From: Pristiophorus japonicus
Lineage: Eukaryota
Length of the DNA stretch: 64,000 bases
Direction: 5' to 3'
NCBI RefSeq assembly: GCF_044704955.1
Contig: NC_091999.1
Coordinates: 50,282,001 to 50,346,000 of the forward strand
Both the position numbers and the translations under genes were made by a program. Position 1 is the stretch's first letter. Every line of letters begins with the position of its first letter. The notes under the pieces were generated by a model. The model searched no databases. It worked only from the letters and a program-made list of their open reading frames with translations, and was not told where the DNA came from. Positions 48,137 through 59,857 of this stretch are shown here, piece by piece.

Positions 48137-50745
48137 TTCAATGGATAAATTGTAAGGTTGCAAATAGGAGCTCAGAATTATGATGAAGGTCTTGAACTTA
48201 TAATTGCTACGTAGGTAACACTTGCTTATGTAGGTACAGCGCAAATGTATAACGCATTGAACTGAATCCGTAACCTCTGTAATACTTAAACAGCCGGTCA
48301 GCAGTTTTTTTAAGTCCCTGAGGAAGAGATAAATAAGCAAGTACAGCCACTCTAACCGTCGGATAGACTGGGGCAGAGGGAAAAATGGAACAAAACAATG
48401 ATGAGAGATGGTCTGTTGCATTTACCACTCAGAGCCCGTCGGATAAGAGTCGACAAATCAATGTAACTTCGCTGATATCAATAGACCTATCGATGATTTT
48501 GCAGGAGGATAGCTCCTCTCCAAAACCTGTATAAGTTATGCTTGAAAACTTTTTTTTTCGGAGGTTCCACGACTGAACCTTCCCTTGCAATTGCTCGTAA
48601 TAAAAGCCAGTTGATCCTGGGATTTCGTGTGTTAACTTCCGTGGTCGTTATACAGTGGGAGAAAGGTGAGGTGTCGATGAACTTTATCAGTTAGTCCACG
48701 TCAAAGAAGAGAAGCCTCCTTTTTAACCCCAACATTTGGCGTCATCAACCGAATGCAGACCTTCCGACCTGGATCACGTGACAGCTAAATGGTAGTGAGC
48801 ATGTTTTTTACCACATGCAGCTGTAGCATTGACGGGGAAGGAGTTAATTTGTATAAATAATTAGAAGGGGTCAGCTGTAGGACAACTTATAACGAACCTC
48901 AGATGGCTGAAAACCAAGGGTGGGATCGGTGTATGCCTGAAAAAGAAGGAATGCAACCGCAGGGGGAGTGGACCCCAGCGATCGTTTTGTGAAATATAAG
49001 GCGTATGTCCTGAAGCGTGACGTGGTAATAACACTGTGAAGCTGGTATTGATCGTGTGAGGTGCAAACAAGAAGAAATACAACCTAAACCGTGGGTTGGG
49101 ACCCCAGGATCCAAAGAAAACAGGTCAGTGGGATAAAATGCTCGCTGAGATAAATGGAAAATTAATAAAAGAAAAGAAAAATGTTGGAAATCAAATTGAA
49201 TTTACAAAGGACAGTTTGTTTTTATCAAAAGATAGAAATATGACCTTGAAAGCTGCAGAGATGCAAAGATGATGAGGAAAATGGACTGGAGGAAGATCAT
49301 CAAAATACAAAACCTAATTTGAAGAAACGAGATTTAAATTGGCTGTGAAAAGGATATTGGTTGAAATATAAAAACTTATGAGTTAAACCCGACAACGCTT
49401 TGTGCCGAGAAAGAGAAACCAAGATGTTTAACTATGGACTGGAGTAAGGTCATCAAAAAATGATTAAGTTCAGATTCAAAAGGGGGAAAAGGTCTAAGCT
49501 ATGTGAACTCAGCACAGAAAGAAAAAACTAGGAATTACAGGATTCTTAAAAAGATGGACCGGCACTGAAGTTTAGATTTTGTGCTGAGAGAAATAAAACA
49601 CAAGATTTGCTCAGTGAACGGGACCATAAAAAAACAAAATGCTGGAATGTATATAGCTTGCGTGAAAATTGGATTTCTGGAAACAAAATAGCTATTAAAA
49701 TGTGTGGTCTCGCTTTAAATCAATAAAAAACTCGTTGGCAAGTATTTGAATTGGATGTGTAGAGAAATTGGAGTTTAATCTAAAATGCTGCCTTTCCCTC
49801 TGAGAAGGTTTTATTTTGACAACTTAACTAGTAATTTCTACTATTTTAACGGATTCCTAATTTCATAGCAAGTTTTGAAAGCACAAAGACTTGGGAAAAA
49901 TTTGCAGATCAATACCCGAAGTCACGTAATGACGCCAGGCCTTCTTACAAACCTGTAAAAGAGTTAACCCTTTCCATTGAAAGCTGTTTTATACTGGACA
50001 TTATTAATTTGGATTTCTTAATAAAAGAAAAAAGACTCACCTGACAGACAGAAGAAATGTGGGGATATACAGAATGAAAACAAAACGAAGAAAGCCTATG
50101 TAACAATATTCACCTGCTGCAGAGGACAGATAGATACTTAAACGCATCAAATTCAAGAGTTAGAAGCTCAGATAAATAAGCTCGCAGAGAAAAAGACAGG
50201 ACCAGATTGATAGTGCAGAGCACAGCCATAGCACCATCACCTACGGTAATAGAGATAATGTACCCCAAGGTGGGTAAGTGCAGTCCACAAACCCAACCTA
50301 ACAGTCAATCAGACAGGGATAATGAGTTTGGAGTAGAGGTGGCCCCGGCACATGATAATGGCTATTTATCAGTGGCACTGATACGTACGACCACCATTCG
50401 CTCCAGTGGGAGTAGAGCAGCCCAAATTACCATAAAGGAGGTGCCCCTCAGCCCACAGGAGACAAATTCTATTGAATAAGTTACCACCCGCTAAAGCAAA
50501 ATAGTAGAGATACAGAACTCTGACAAAAGATTGGAGTAGAATACTGTGACTCAAAAGGCAGGTAAAAGTGTTGGGGAGTACGGGGAACGAAAGTGGATTG
50601 AATACAAAAACCACTCTGGGGCTGATGACCGCAACATAAATGATGCAGCATTCTTGAAAATGTTTAAGGATGGACGAGGAAAGGCACATCAAAAGATAAT
50701 TAAGTGATTATTTAAGATTGGAGATGATTATGATGAAACTTTGGA

Positions 50746-51147
50746 ATGGGCAGAACATGTAGAGGGGTTAAAGATAGAACAAGGGATAAAAGAGCAAAAA
50801 TAGCAACAACAGCTTTAGCAATAGAGACGAAGGAGGAAGAGACACACTCCTGCGCAGCTCCACTGATATGTTTAAACTGCAATCAGGAAGGCAAGTTCAA
50901 TAGGGATTGCCTGCAGAAAAGCAGAGGTTTCGGCAATTCTAAAGGGAGATGTCAAAATTGTGGTAAACTTGGACATCTGGCCAAAGATAGCTGGAGTTAT
51001 GAGGAAGGCGCTGGATGGCGAGACCACAAACAGGCACAGAAGGGAATACCATTAATCAGGGAAGATCTGATGGACATGCTCAGACAAGTACCAGCACCAC
51101 TGGTATCACTGCCACCACCACCGCCCCAATCAGAGAACACCCAATAA
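50746..51147 (+). pseudogene. gag: ERV-B gag nucleocapsid region
   Basis: Two degenerate CCHC knuckles, CLNCNQEGKFNRDC and CQNCGKLGHLAKDS. Confidence 0.85.
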
Positions 51148-51499
51148 CCAACTTAGATTTGCACCTGACCCATAGGACCATCAACATACAAGGAGAGAGT
51201 GGGGCATATCAGAAAGCAACCCTAAGTGAGATGGTGTTGTCGAAGTACAGGGGTAATGCTACCTGCTCAGTTTTGGTGCTGTCAGAATACAGAAGGCAAC
51301 ATAAAGAAGGTATACAGAAGGCAGCGATACATTAAGGGAGATAGGGGTACGAATAGCTCTTCAGCGTAATCGGATAATTTTGGGGGATCAGCACGAAAAC
51401 CGAACTCAGTTCGAAAACTCGGGACACCAGCAGCAACGAATGGCAGGAACAACCATAATCCAACCCGAGTGGGATTCAAAGGCTGTATTGGGTAGCGTG

Positions 51500-53920
51500 T
51501 GCCAATTATACCCGACTCTGTGGGCACAATGCAAACAAGATTGTGGATTAGCAGAGATATCACCCATCAAATTTCCTGGACCCGAACACAAAGCTCACCG
51601 ACCGTACCAATTAACACCCGAAGCTGAGGTAGCGGTCTGTCAGATAGTGCATGAATTAGAGGAGCAAAGTATATTGAAATATGTAATAGCTTCCATTAAT
51701 TCACCTTTGTGGCTGATGAAGAAACCCGACAGGTGTTACCGACTGACTATCGGTGAATAAGGTGACTTCCGGACAACACCCAATAGTGGCAAGTCCGGCC
51801 ACAATTTTTAATGGCCTGGATCGAAATCATAAGATATTCACCATGCTGGATATAGTGAATGGAACTTGGACGATTCCCTTAGCCAAAGAGTCTCAAGGAA
51901 AATTTCTCTTCATGGTAAATGAATAACAATACACATGGCCCAAGGTACCACTGGGATTCAATAACAGCTGGAGCATATTTCATCGAATATTGTCATGGAT
52001 TTTGGAACCAGTAGTCTTAGGAGAAAGAAGGAGCGAAGTAACATATCTGGGATACATAATATCGTAAGGGAAGAGACAGATGCCCGAGGACAGTAAGGAA
52101 GCAATTCAATCAATCCCCAGACCAGGAACCGTGAAAGGGGTCAGGCAGATACTAGGGCTATTAAACTACTGCAGAAATGTTATTCCCGAATATGCCAAGG
52201 TGGCCGAACCTATACAGAAACAGGTCAAAGGATGGGAACCCTCCTAAGAGCCAGTAAACTGGGGTCTAGATCAAGAAACTGCATGTGTGCGGTTAAAACA
52301 AACTCTCACAAGTGCTCCAGCCCTGGGACTACCAGACCAGAATAGGCCCTTTTACGTCTCTTCCTACCATATTAACCATCATTATAACGCGGTAGTGATT
52401 CAATTACATGGCGAAAGGCATAGACCGTGGCATATTACTCAGATAAACCGCAACCTGTAGCTGCAGGACTGTCCAGGTGCGTTGCTGCCCTCGACTGCTG
52501 CTTGGGCCATCAGAGTTAACGAACCAATAATAATGCCAGGATGCATTATTCTACAAACCCAGCGTACCTTAGTAGAATTACTTAACACTGGAAGGCTAAA
52601 AAGGTATTCGATGCACAAATGGCGAGGTGGTAAATAATGCTCTCCCCCCTCCTCTCCTGTCACCCCCCCCACCCACCCACCCAACGGGACGGTAACAATA
52701 ATAAAATACAGAGGGAGAGGAGCATCAGTGTAGCACAACAGAAGAAGATGCGAGAAGTAGTCAGGCAAGTGAAATCCCGCTTGAGGAGGCAGACATGGAT
52801 CTATATGTAGATGGGTTTTGGCGCTATATCAATGGGACACCACAGACAGGATGGGCCGTGGTAGATCGCAGCGGTCAGGCCAAAGGGGAAGGACGGTTAG
52901 AAGAGAATCTATCAGCTCAAGTGGTTGAATTAGTGGTTCTCACATGAGGCTCTGAGGCTGGCTAGGGGAAAATGAGTAAACGTCTATACAGACAGTCGAA
53001 ACGCTTTCGGATTAGTGCATGTTTATATGATAGCCTGGAGCAGACGGGGATACACGCCCTCAGGAGGAGGACCGATTAAACATGAGGAGATTGATAAACA
53101 TCTAGTGGAAGCCTCCCACCTACCCCAGGAGTTTGCGATAATAAAGATTAAAGCACATGTAAAAAAGAATGATCAGTATGAACAGGGGAATGCATGGTCA
53201 GATGAAGCAACCAAGCGAGTGGCAGGTACACTGGCCGGGGAAGCCCAAGGCAGGGCATGTAAAATCAGGCCTGAGGAAGTAAATATGCTTGAGGTACAGG
53301 GAGAGGACAATCCGCAGGAACAGGAGGGATGGAAGCAGAGATGGGCCAAAGAAGGGACCGACGGGATATGGAGAAAAGATGGGAATGTGGTGGCCCCGGA
53401 ATGCATCCAGGGAAGCCGATTAAATTTATACCACGGGTATGTCCATACAGGTAGAACCAGCATGATAAGCTCGATGTCCAGATGCTGTTGGTGGAAGGGA
53501 ATATTTAGAGATATAGAGGACCTCTGCAGAAGGTGCGTGATATGCACAAAATAAAACCCAGTGGGGAAAGTAAAGGTCAGAATGGGACATTAGCCCCGAC
53601 CGAAGGGACTCTGGGAAAATTTGCTGGTAGATTTTATTGGACCATTATCCAGCAACAGGGGGAAAACATACTGCTTAGTTATAATAGAATTGATATAGAG
53701 TAAAAGGTTACAGATCAGCAAATCAAGAATTTCGAGAACGAAACTAAGAAACAGAAGTTCCAAACACCCCAAATAGGCAGTCAAGAGATTACCCCAGAGA
53801 GGTTCGAGATCGCATCCAAATGGATCGGTCTCTATCAGGTAATCATAGTACGTTATGGTACTTATAAGGAGTATTGGCAAGTGGAAACACTGGACCAAGT
53901 TCAAAAAGCATGGTCACTAA
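51500..53920 (+). pseudogene. pol: ERV-B pol remnants (RT, tether, RNase H, integrase N-terminus); RT YxDD and the integrase core appear deleted
   Basis: RPYQL..EA...NSPLWLMKKPD..YRLTI; LTSAPALGLPD..RPF; LYVDG...GWAVV...SAQVVEL...YTDSRNAFG; HGYVHTG...WWKGI..DI...CRRCVIC; VDFIGPL. Confidence 0.85.
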
Positions 53921-54199
53921 CTAACCAGTGACGACCGGAAAATATTGCTTTTTGCAGGACTCGAGAGCTCATGGAAATAACGTGGAGTAACGCAGCCTCA
54001 TATCAGAGACAACAGACTGAGGGATGGCAAGGCCTGTATTACAGGGACTCGGACGACATTAGTTTAATAAAACATCAAAAACACTGATGTGTCGGACGGA
54101 GCAACAGTAGAGTTAAATAACGGGCATAAAACAACGTTACAAGGAAACGAAACAACATTGGGGATGAGCCAATAATATAGAACCATAATTAGTGGGAAT

Positions 54200-55950
54200 A
54201 AGACCGCGGTGTGTTTTTAATCAGGAGGGACAAACATACTGCAACAGGGGAAGGGGGTGCAGATTTCATGAACATCTATGAATGGTGGTGGAGGGATATC
54301 TCCAGAGATAGACCCACCAACACGGCCCCATCCACTGCTTTAGCATTAATGAGCGCTACCAGGGCCTCGACCATCACACCCTCAGCGCCACAAACGTGTC
54401 CAACTGTGAACACTGGGGCAAAAGAGAAATTGATAAGGCAGACCAAGGATAAGATACACTTCAGGGTACGTCAGCGAATAATTACTGTAATCCTAAAATT
54501 AAACAATAAAGCTACCCCAACATCTGCGGGTTAAACAGTATAAGCCTGTATAGAAACCTGATCCTTCGAGCACTTAAAGGCGCTGAATCCAAAACCATGA
54601 AGTTTAATGTGGAAAGAGGGTCAGGTAAAAAAAAACGGGACAGGGGAAAAAGAGGGATACTAGAAATGGTACGAGGCAGGATACACGGCAGGATACGTGG
54701 CAGGATACACTGCAGAATACACGGCGGGATACGTGTATGTGGCGGGAGCTGCGACACTATTGACCGACACACGATAGATGATTGAGTTAACGCCTTAACA
54801 TTAACCTGACAGGGATTGCTGGAAAGGGATAAGGATAATGAAAAGATACAGGTACAGCTGGGTAATGGCGCATAAAGCGAATTATTACAGTGGCCCACAC
54901 ATTGCGAGACCACACCAGAACTATAAATGAATAGAGCAGAACGCAACTTAAGTAAAACCATACAGACAGAACTAGTACGTGCAGGATATGGAGCATGGTT
55001 GCTCAATGGAATACAACATAACATAGAGTAGCTTCAGAATAGAAAGGTGCCGGATTGGATAACATTCGATATATTTACCAACTGGACCTTGGACAAAAAC
55101 ATGACTCATGCCTGCGAGGTGCAGAGAAACAGTCATGCTTGGGTTTCAAAGGCCAGCTGTGTTACCGGACATTTAAATAGATTTTGTATTATCTATACGA
55201 CAGTATGATGTGACAACAGGAGATCCTCTATACCAAACAATGTAGGAGAAATAAGGAATCAAACTCGCGTGCGGTACGATGAAAAACCAGAAATTTAATT
55301 GAAGAGAACAACAGTACTAAGAGACTCAGCATATGTAGATTGTTATAAAAATAACCAAGTTGCTTTATGTCGAGATCCACTACGAATGATCAAAGATGAC
55401 TGTGGATATAACCAAGTGGACGGGTGCACCTTGAGTATCACCCCAACTAACACAGGATTACTAAATTATCGCTGTAGTACGAGGATATGGAGATTGATGT
55501 GTGAGCACCACGGCAACTGAAATGAATGAAGGAAAACCTCATGCACCATTATGGATATTGACTTCTGCTTTACTCCACTTGATGAGACAGATATAAATGG
55601 GTTTATTATAACCCCTGAGCTAAAGGAGGAATGATCGATGGGACAATGATGGACATTGCCTGAGGAGGTTATGCGAAGACCATCGGGCCACAAGGAAAAC
55701 CGATACTCGAATTGAAAGAGAAACAAACACCATTCGACAACATAGAGGATACTCCAGGCGGGGCAGAATGTCGGCAGAACAGTGAAGACCCCAAGTGGAG
55801 GGAAGATAGATGAAACAGCAGAAAACCCAGGCGTGGCATAATTCGAACACCGAAAAAATTTTGGCTACAAAGGACTTATACACGAATTAAGCTGGACTCA
55901 ATGTATTGGTTGTCGTGCAAGGGGGCTGACCTTGCTATCCTTTAAAAAGC
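54200..55950 (+). pseudogene. env: ERV-B env remnants
   Basis: Furin-type site RGKR/GILEMV (about 54643-54670), then AGY-rich fusion-peptide-like sequence, HTLRDHTRTINE, GYGAWLLNGIQHNIE*LQNRKVPDWI, NNVGEIRN, DCYKNNQVALCRD...DDCGYNQVDGC. Many stops and frameshifts. Confidence 0.7.
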
Positions 55951-56794
55951 TGTAACCGACGTAAGAGGTAGGCCCTAGCCCGTACTATAGTTAAAACATT
56001 GAAGAAAGGGAAAACAGACAGTCCTGCAAAAAGGACTTACATAGTATAACCTTGATGGGAAAGCCAACAGGTAGATCCAGGATCTCGGGAAGTAGCACTA
56101 CCCAAGTGAAAGGACACCCCTGGAAGCTCACCCATGTGGAATTAATTGCGAAATAGCCTATCTGGGGCAAATAGCCTGGGCCATTAGGGGGGAATTGTAA
56201 AGGATAAATAGTAAGGTTATAGAAAGGGGGTCAGAATTATGCCGAACGTAGTGAACGTATCAATTGTCGATGTATGTAACACTTGATTATATAGGTATAA
56301 CACATTTATACGCATTATATTATAGCTTAACCTTAGTAACACTGAAACAGCCAAAGTCAGCAGTTTTGTTTCAAAGTCGCTGATGAAGAGATAAATAAGC
56401 CAGAACAACCACACTCGGCGTCGAATAGACTGGGGTGGAGGGCAAAATACAATAAAACAATGATGAGAGATGGGCAGTTTCATGTACCACTCAGAGCCCG
56501 TCTGATAAGAGTCGACAAATCACTGTAACTTCGCTGATAGCAATAGACCTTTCCATGATTTTGGAGGAGGATAGCTCCTCTCCAACACCTGTATACATTA
56601 TGCTTCAAAATTCTTCTACTTCGGAGGTTCCAAGACTGAACCTTCCCGTTCATTGCTCGTAATAAAACCGGTAAACCTGAGGTTTCGTTTGTTTACTTCC
56701 GTGTTCGTCATACAGTGGGAAGCTGGGCGAGGTGTCGGTTAACTATATCAGTTGGTCCATCCCGAGGGAGAGAAGCCTCTTTTTTACCACAACA

Positions 56795-58905
56795 CCTCCC
56801 CTCCTCACCCTCCATCTCCTCTCCTCTCTCCTCACGTCTCTCCTCTGTGCACCTCCTCTCCTCTCCTCTACCTTCTACCCTCCTCTACTCTATTCTCCTC
56901 TCCCACCCTCGCCTGTACCCTCTCCTCTCCCCGTCCTCCCCTCTAATTCCCTACCCTCTTCCCTCCGCTTTCCTCTCCTCTCCTCTCATAACATCCACTC
57001 TCCGTTCCACAACTCTCCCCTGCTCTGCTTTCTTCTCCCCTCTCCTCCCCTCGTCTCTCTTTTCCTCCCCTCTCCACTACTCTCCTCCTCTCGCCTCTCC
57101 TCTCCTTCACACTCTTCTCCTCTCCCCTCTGCTCACCTCCTTATCCTTTCATCATCTCTCCTCTCCCCTCTGCTCCCCCATCCTCTCCACTCGGCTCATC
57201 CCTTCTCCCATCTCCTCCTCTCTCCTCTCCACTTCTCTTCTCACCTGTCTTCCCGTTCTCTCCTGTCTCCTCTCCTCTCTCCTCTCCACTCTCCGCAACT
57301 CTCCTTCCCTTTCAGCTGTTCTCCTCAACTCTCTTGTGCCTCATTTTCTCCCCTCTTGCCTACCTTTTCCACGCCTCTACTCCATTCTCCCCTCTCCCCT
57401 ACACTATTCTCCTCCCCTTCCCTCTCCTCCATTCTCCTCTCATCTCCTCTGCTCTCTCATCTCCTGTCTTCCCCGATCCACCCCTATCCTCACCTATCCT
57501 CTCCTCTCTCCTGTTTTCAGGTCGCTTCTCTGTCCACTCTCCTCTCTCCTCCCCACTCGTCTCCACTCCAATCATCGCGACTCCTCTCCCCTAAATTCTC
57601 CCCTCCTCTCCTCACCCCTCTCCTCTCCTCCTCACCTATTCTCCCCTTTCATTTTAACTCCTCTCCTCACTTGTTTCCTCTGATGTTCTCCCCTCTCCTC
57701 TCCTTCCCGCTCCTCTCCTTCCCTCTGCTCTCCTGCCTGTCCAGTCCTCTCTTCTCCACTTCTCTCCTCCCCCTCCTACACTCTCCTCCCCTCTTCCCTC
57801 CTTTCCTCTACCCTCTTTTCACCTCCTCCTCTCATGCACTGTCTTCTCTCTCCTCTTCTCTCCCCTAACTTCCTCCCCTCTTCTCCACTCACCTCTACTC
57901 CCCTCTCCGTTAACCACTCTTCTATCCTCTCCTGCCCTCGCTTCTAAACTCCTCCCTTGTCCCCTCTCTTCTCCTCTCCTCTCCTCTAATCTACTACCTC
58001 CTCTCTCCACTCTGCTTTCATCTTTTCTCTCCTATCCTCTTATCTCCTCTATTCTCCTCTCCATTGCTCGAATCTCCACAGCTCTTCTCTCCTCCACTCT
58101 CATCTCCGCTTCCCCTCTCTTCACCCCTCTCCTCCCCTCCCTTCTCATCTCTTCTCGCCCCTGCTCTCCCCACTCTCTTCCTCTCCTCTCCTCTGATGGT
58201 CTCTCCTCTGCTCTCCCACTGCCCTTCCCCTCTCCTCTGCTCTACTCTCCTTCTCTCTCATCATCTCTCACCTCTCCACTTCTCTCCATTCCTCCCTTCT
58301 CTCCTACGCTCCTCTCCTCCTCTCCCCGCTACTCTCATCTCTCTTCTGTCGCCTACCTTCTCCCCACCTCTACTCCACTCTCCTCTCCACCCCTCTACCC
58401 TACACTCTCATCTCCACTCCCCTCGCCTCTCCACTCCTCGCATCCCTCTCCTCTCCCCTACCTTCTCCTCACCTCTATTCCACTCTCCTCTCCATCCATC
58501 TCCCCTACACTATCATCTCCTTTCCCCTCCTCTCCTCTCTTCCCCTCTCCTATCTTCTCTTGAACTCTCCTCTGCTTTCCTCTACTCATCTCTGCTCTGC
58601 TCTCCTCTGCTCGCCTCTCTACTTCCCCTTTCATCTATCCTATCCTCCACTAACCTCTCCTCCCCTTCCTGCTCATCTTCACTCTTTCCTTCTCCCACCT
58701 CTCCTCTCACCTCCTATCCTCTGCTCTGCTCTGCTGTCTTCTCCACTCCACGCATATCCTCTCCTCACCTCTGCTCTCCTATTCCCCTCCTCTCCTCTCC
58801 TCCACACTCATCTCCTCTCGTCTACTTCCCTCCCACCTCCTGTCCTCTCTCTTCTCCTCTCCTCACCTCTCTGCTCCTTTCATCTCCATTCCTCACATCC
58901 AGTCT
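56795..58905. repeat. Degenerate (CCTCT)n polypyrimidine tract, about 2.1 kb
   Basis: Source of the S/P/L-rich ORFs 56715-59015. Confidence 0.95.
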
Positions 58906-59004
58906 CTGCTCTGAGGAAAATAAACGATTTGATGGCGTGTGACTGTCAGTGTGGCATCGGTCGCCATGAATCCTTAATGACCATTGTAATAATAGCACAC
59001 GCGT

Positions 59005-59400
59005 ATCCTTACTGACCAATATGTTATCTGTCCCCATGTGCCCTGACTGACCACTGTATTATCTGTCCCCATGAACCGTTACTGACCAATATATTATCTG
59101 CACCATGTCCCCTTACTGACCACTGTATTATCTGTCCCAATGTATCCTTACTCACAATTATATTAACAGTCACCATGTACGCTTACTGACGATTGTATTA
59201 TCAGTTCTTATGTACCCTTACTAACCACTGTATTATCAGTTCCCATGTACCCTTACTGACAATTGTATTATCAGTCCTCATGTACAATTACTGACCAATA
59301 TATTATCTGCCCCATGTAACCTTACTAACCACTGTATTATCAGTGCCCATGTATCCTTAATTTGAACTGTACTGTCAGTCCCCGTGTATGTTACTGACAT
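59005..59400. repeat. 35-bp minisatellite (CCTTACTGACCACTGTATTATCTGTCCCCATGTAC)n
   Basis: ACTGACC at 59011 and 59046; about 11 units. Confidence 0.9.
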
Positions 59401-59759
59401 TTACTTAGCCTGCCTCTATCCTTCCATTTGTTTTATTTCACTTGTGTTACCCCGAGAAGTGAATTGAAAATCTGAAATTACAGAGCTATTTTACATCTCA
59501 GTAATAATAGAAACTGCCTAAATGAAAGTTGCTCCCTTCACATGCATGCTGTGATTCTGTGGAATTAACTATTTCTGCTTTTACCAATAGTGCTTGGTTT
59601 TGGATAAAGTTATTTGATCTGAAGGCCACGTTGCTTTTAAGATATTTTGCAATTGAAAGTGATGCAAAGAAAAGGTTCGGACAACTTGTTTATTCAGAGA
59701 CTGTGATTAATATCCTTCAGTATGCAGTTTAATTGTCTCACTGGAGAGTTCCCTCAGGC

Positions 59760-59767
59760 TATAAATA
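59760..59767 (+). promoter_or_regulatory. TATA box of the GPCR gene
   Basis: TATAAATA about 98 nt upstream of the ATG at 59858. Confidence 0.55.
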
Positions 59768-59857
59768 GGGATTTGTTTTCAGTCTGTACAGCAATGTTTG
59801 ACTGAAGTTGTTGTTTAAAACGAACAGCGATCATTGGAGCTCAGAGAAAGTCAAGTC

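Larger units (their letters stand above)
48137..56794 (+). mobile_element. ERV-B: full-length decayed provirus (LTR-gag-pol-env-LTR)
   Basis: 5' LTR 48137-48734 and 3' LTR 56196-56794 (TGTAA...AACA) align along their length. PBS TGGCGTCATCAACCGAAT (48737-48754; 14/18 to tRNA-Ser(CGA)). Purine tract AGGGGGGAA before the 3' LTR. Confidence 0.92.

Noticed and set aside
56715-59015. Long Ser/Pro/Leu-rich ORFs
   Set aside because: Translations of a (CCTCT)n tract that lacks stop codons by composition.
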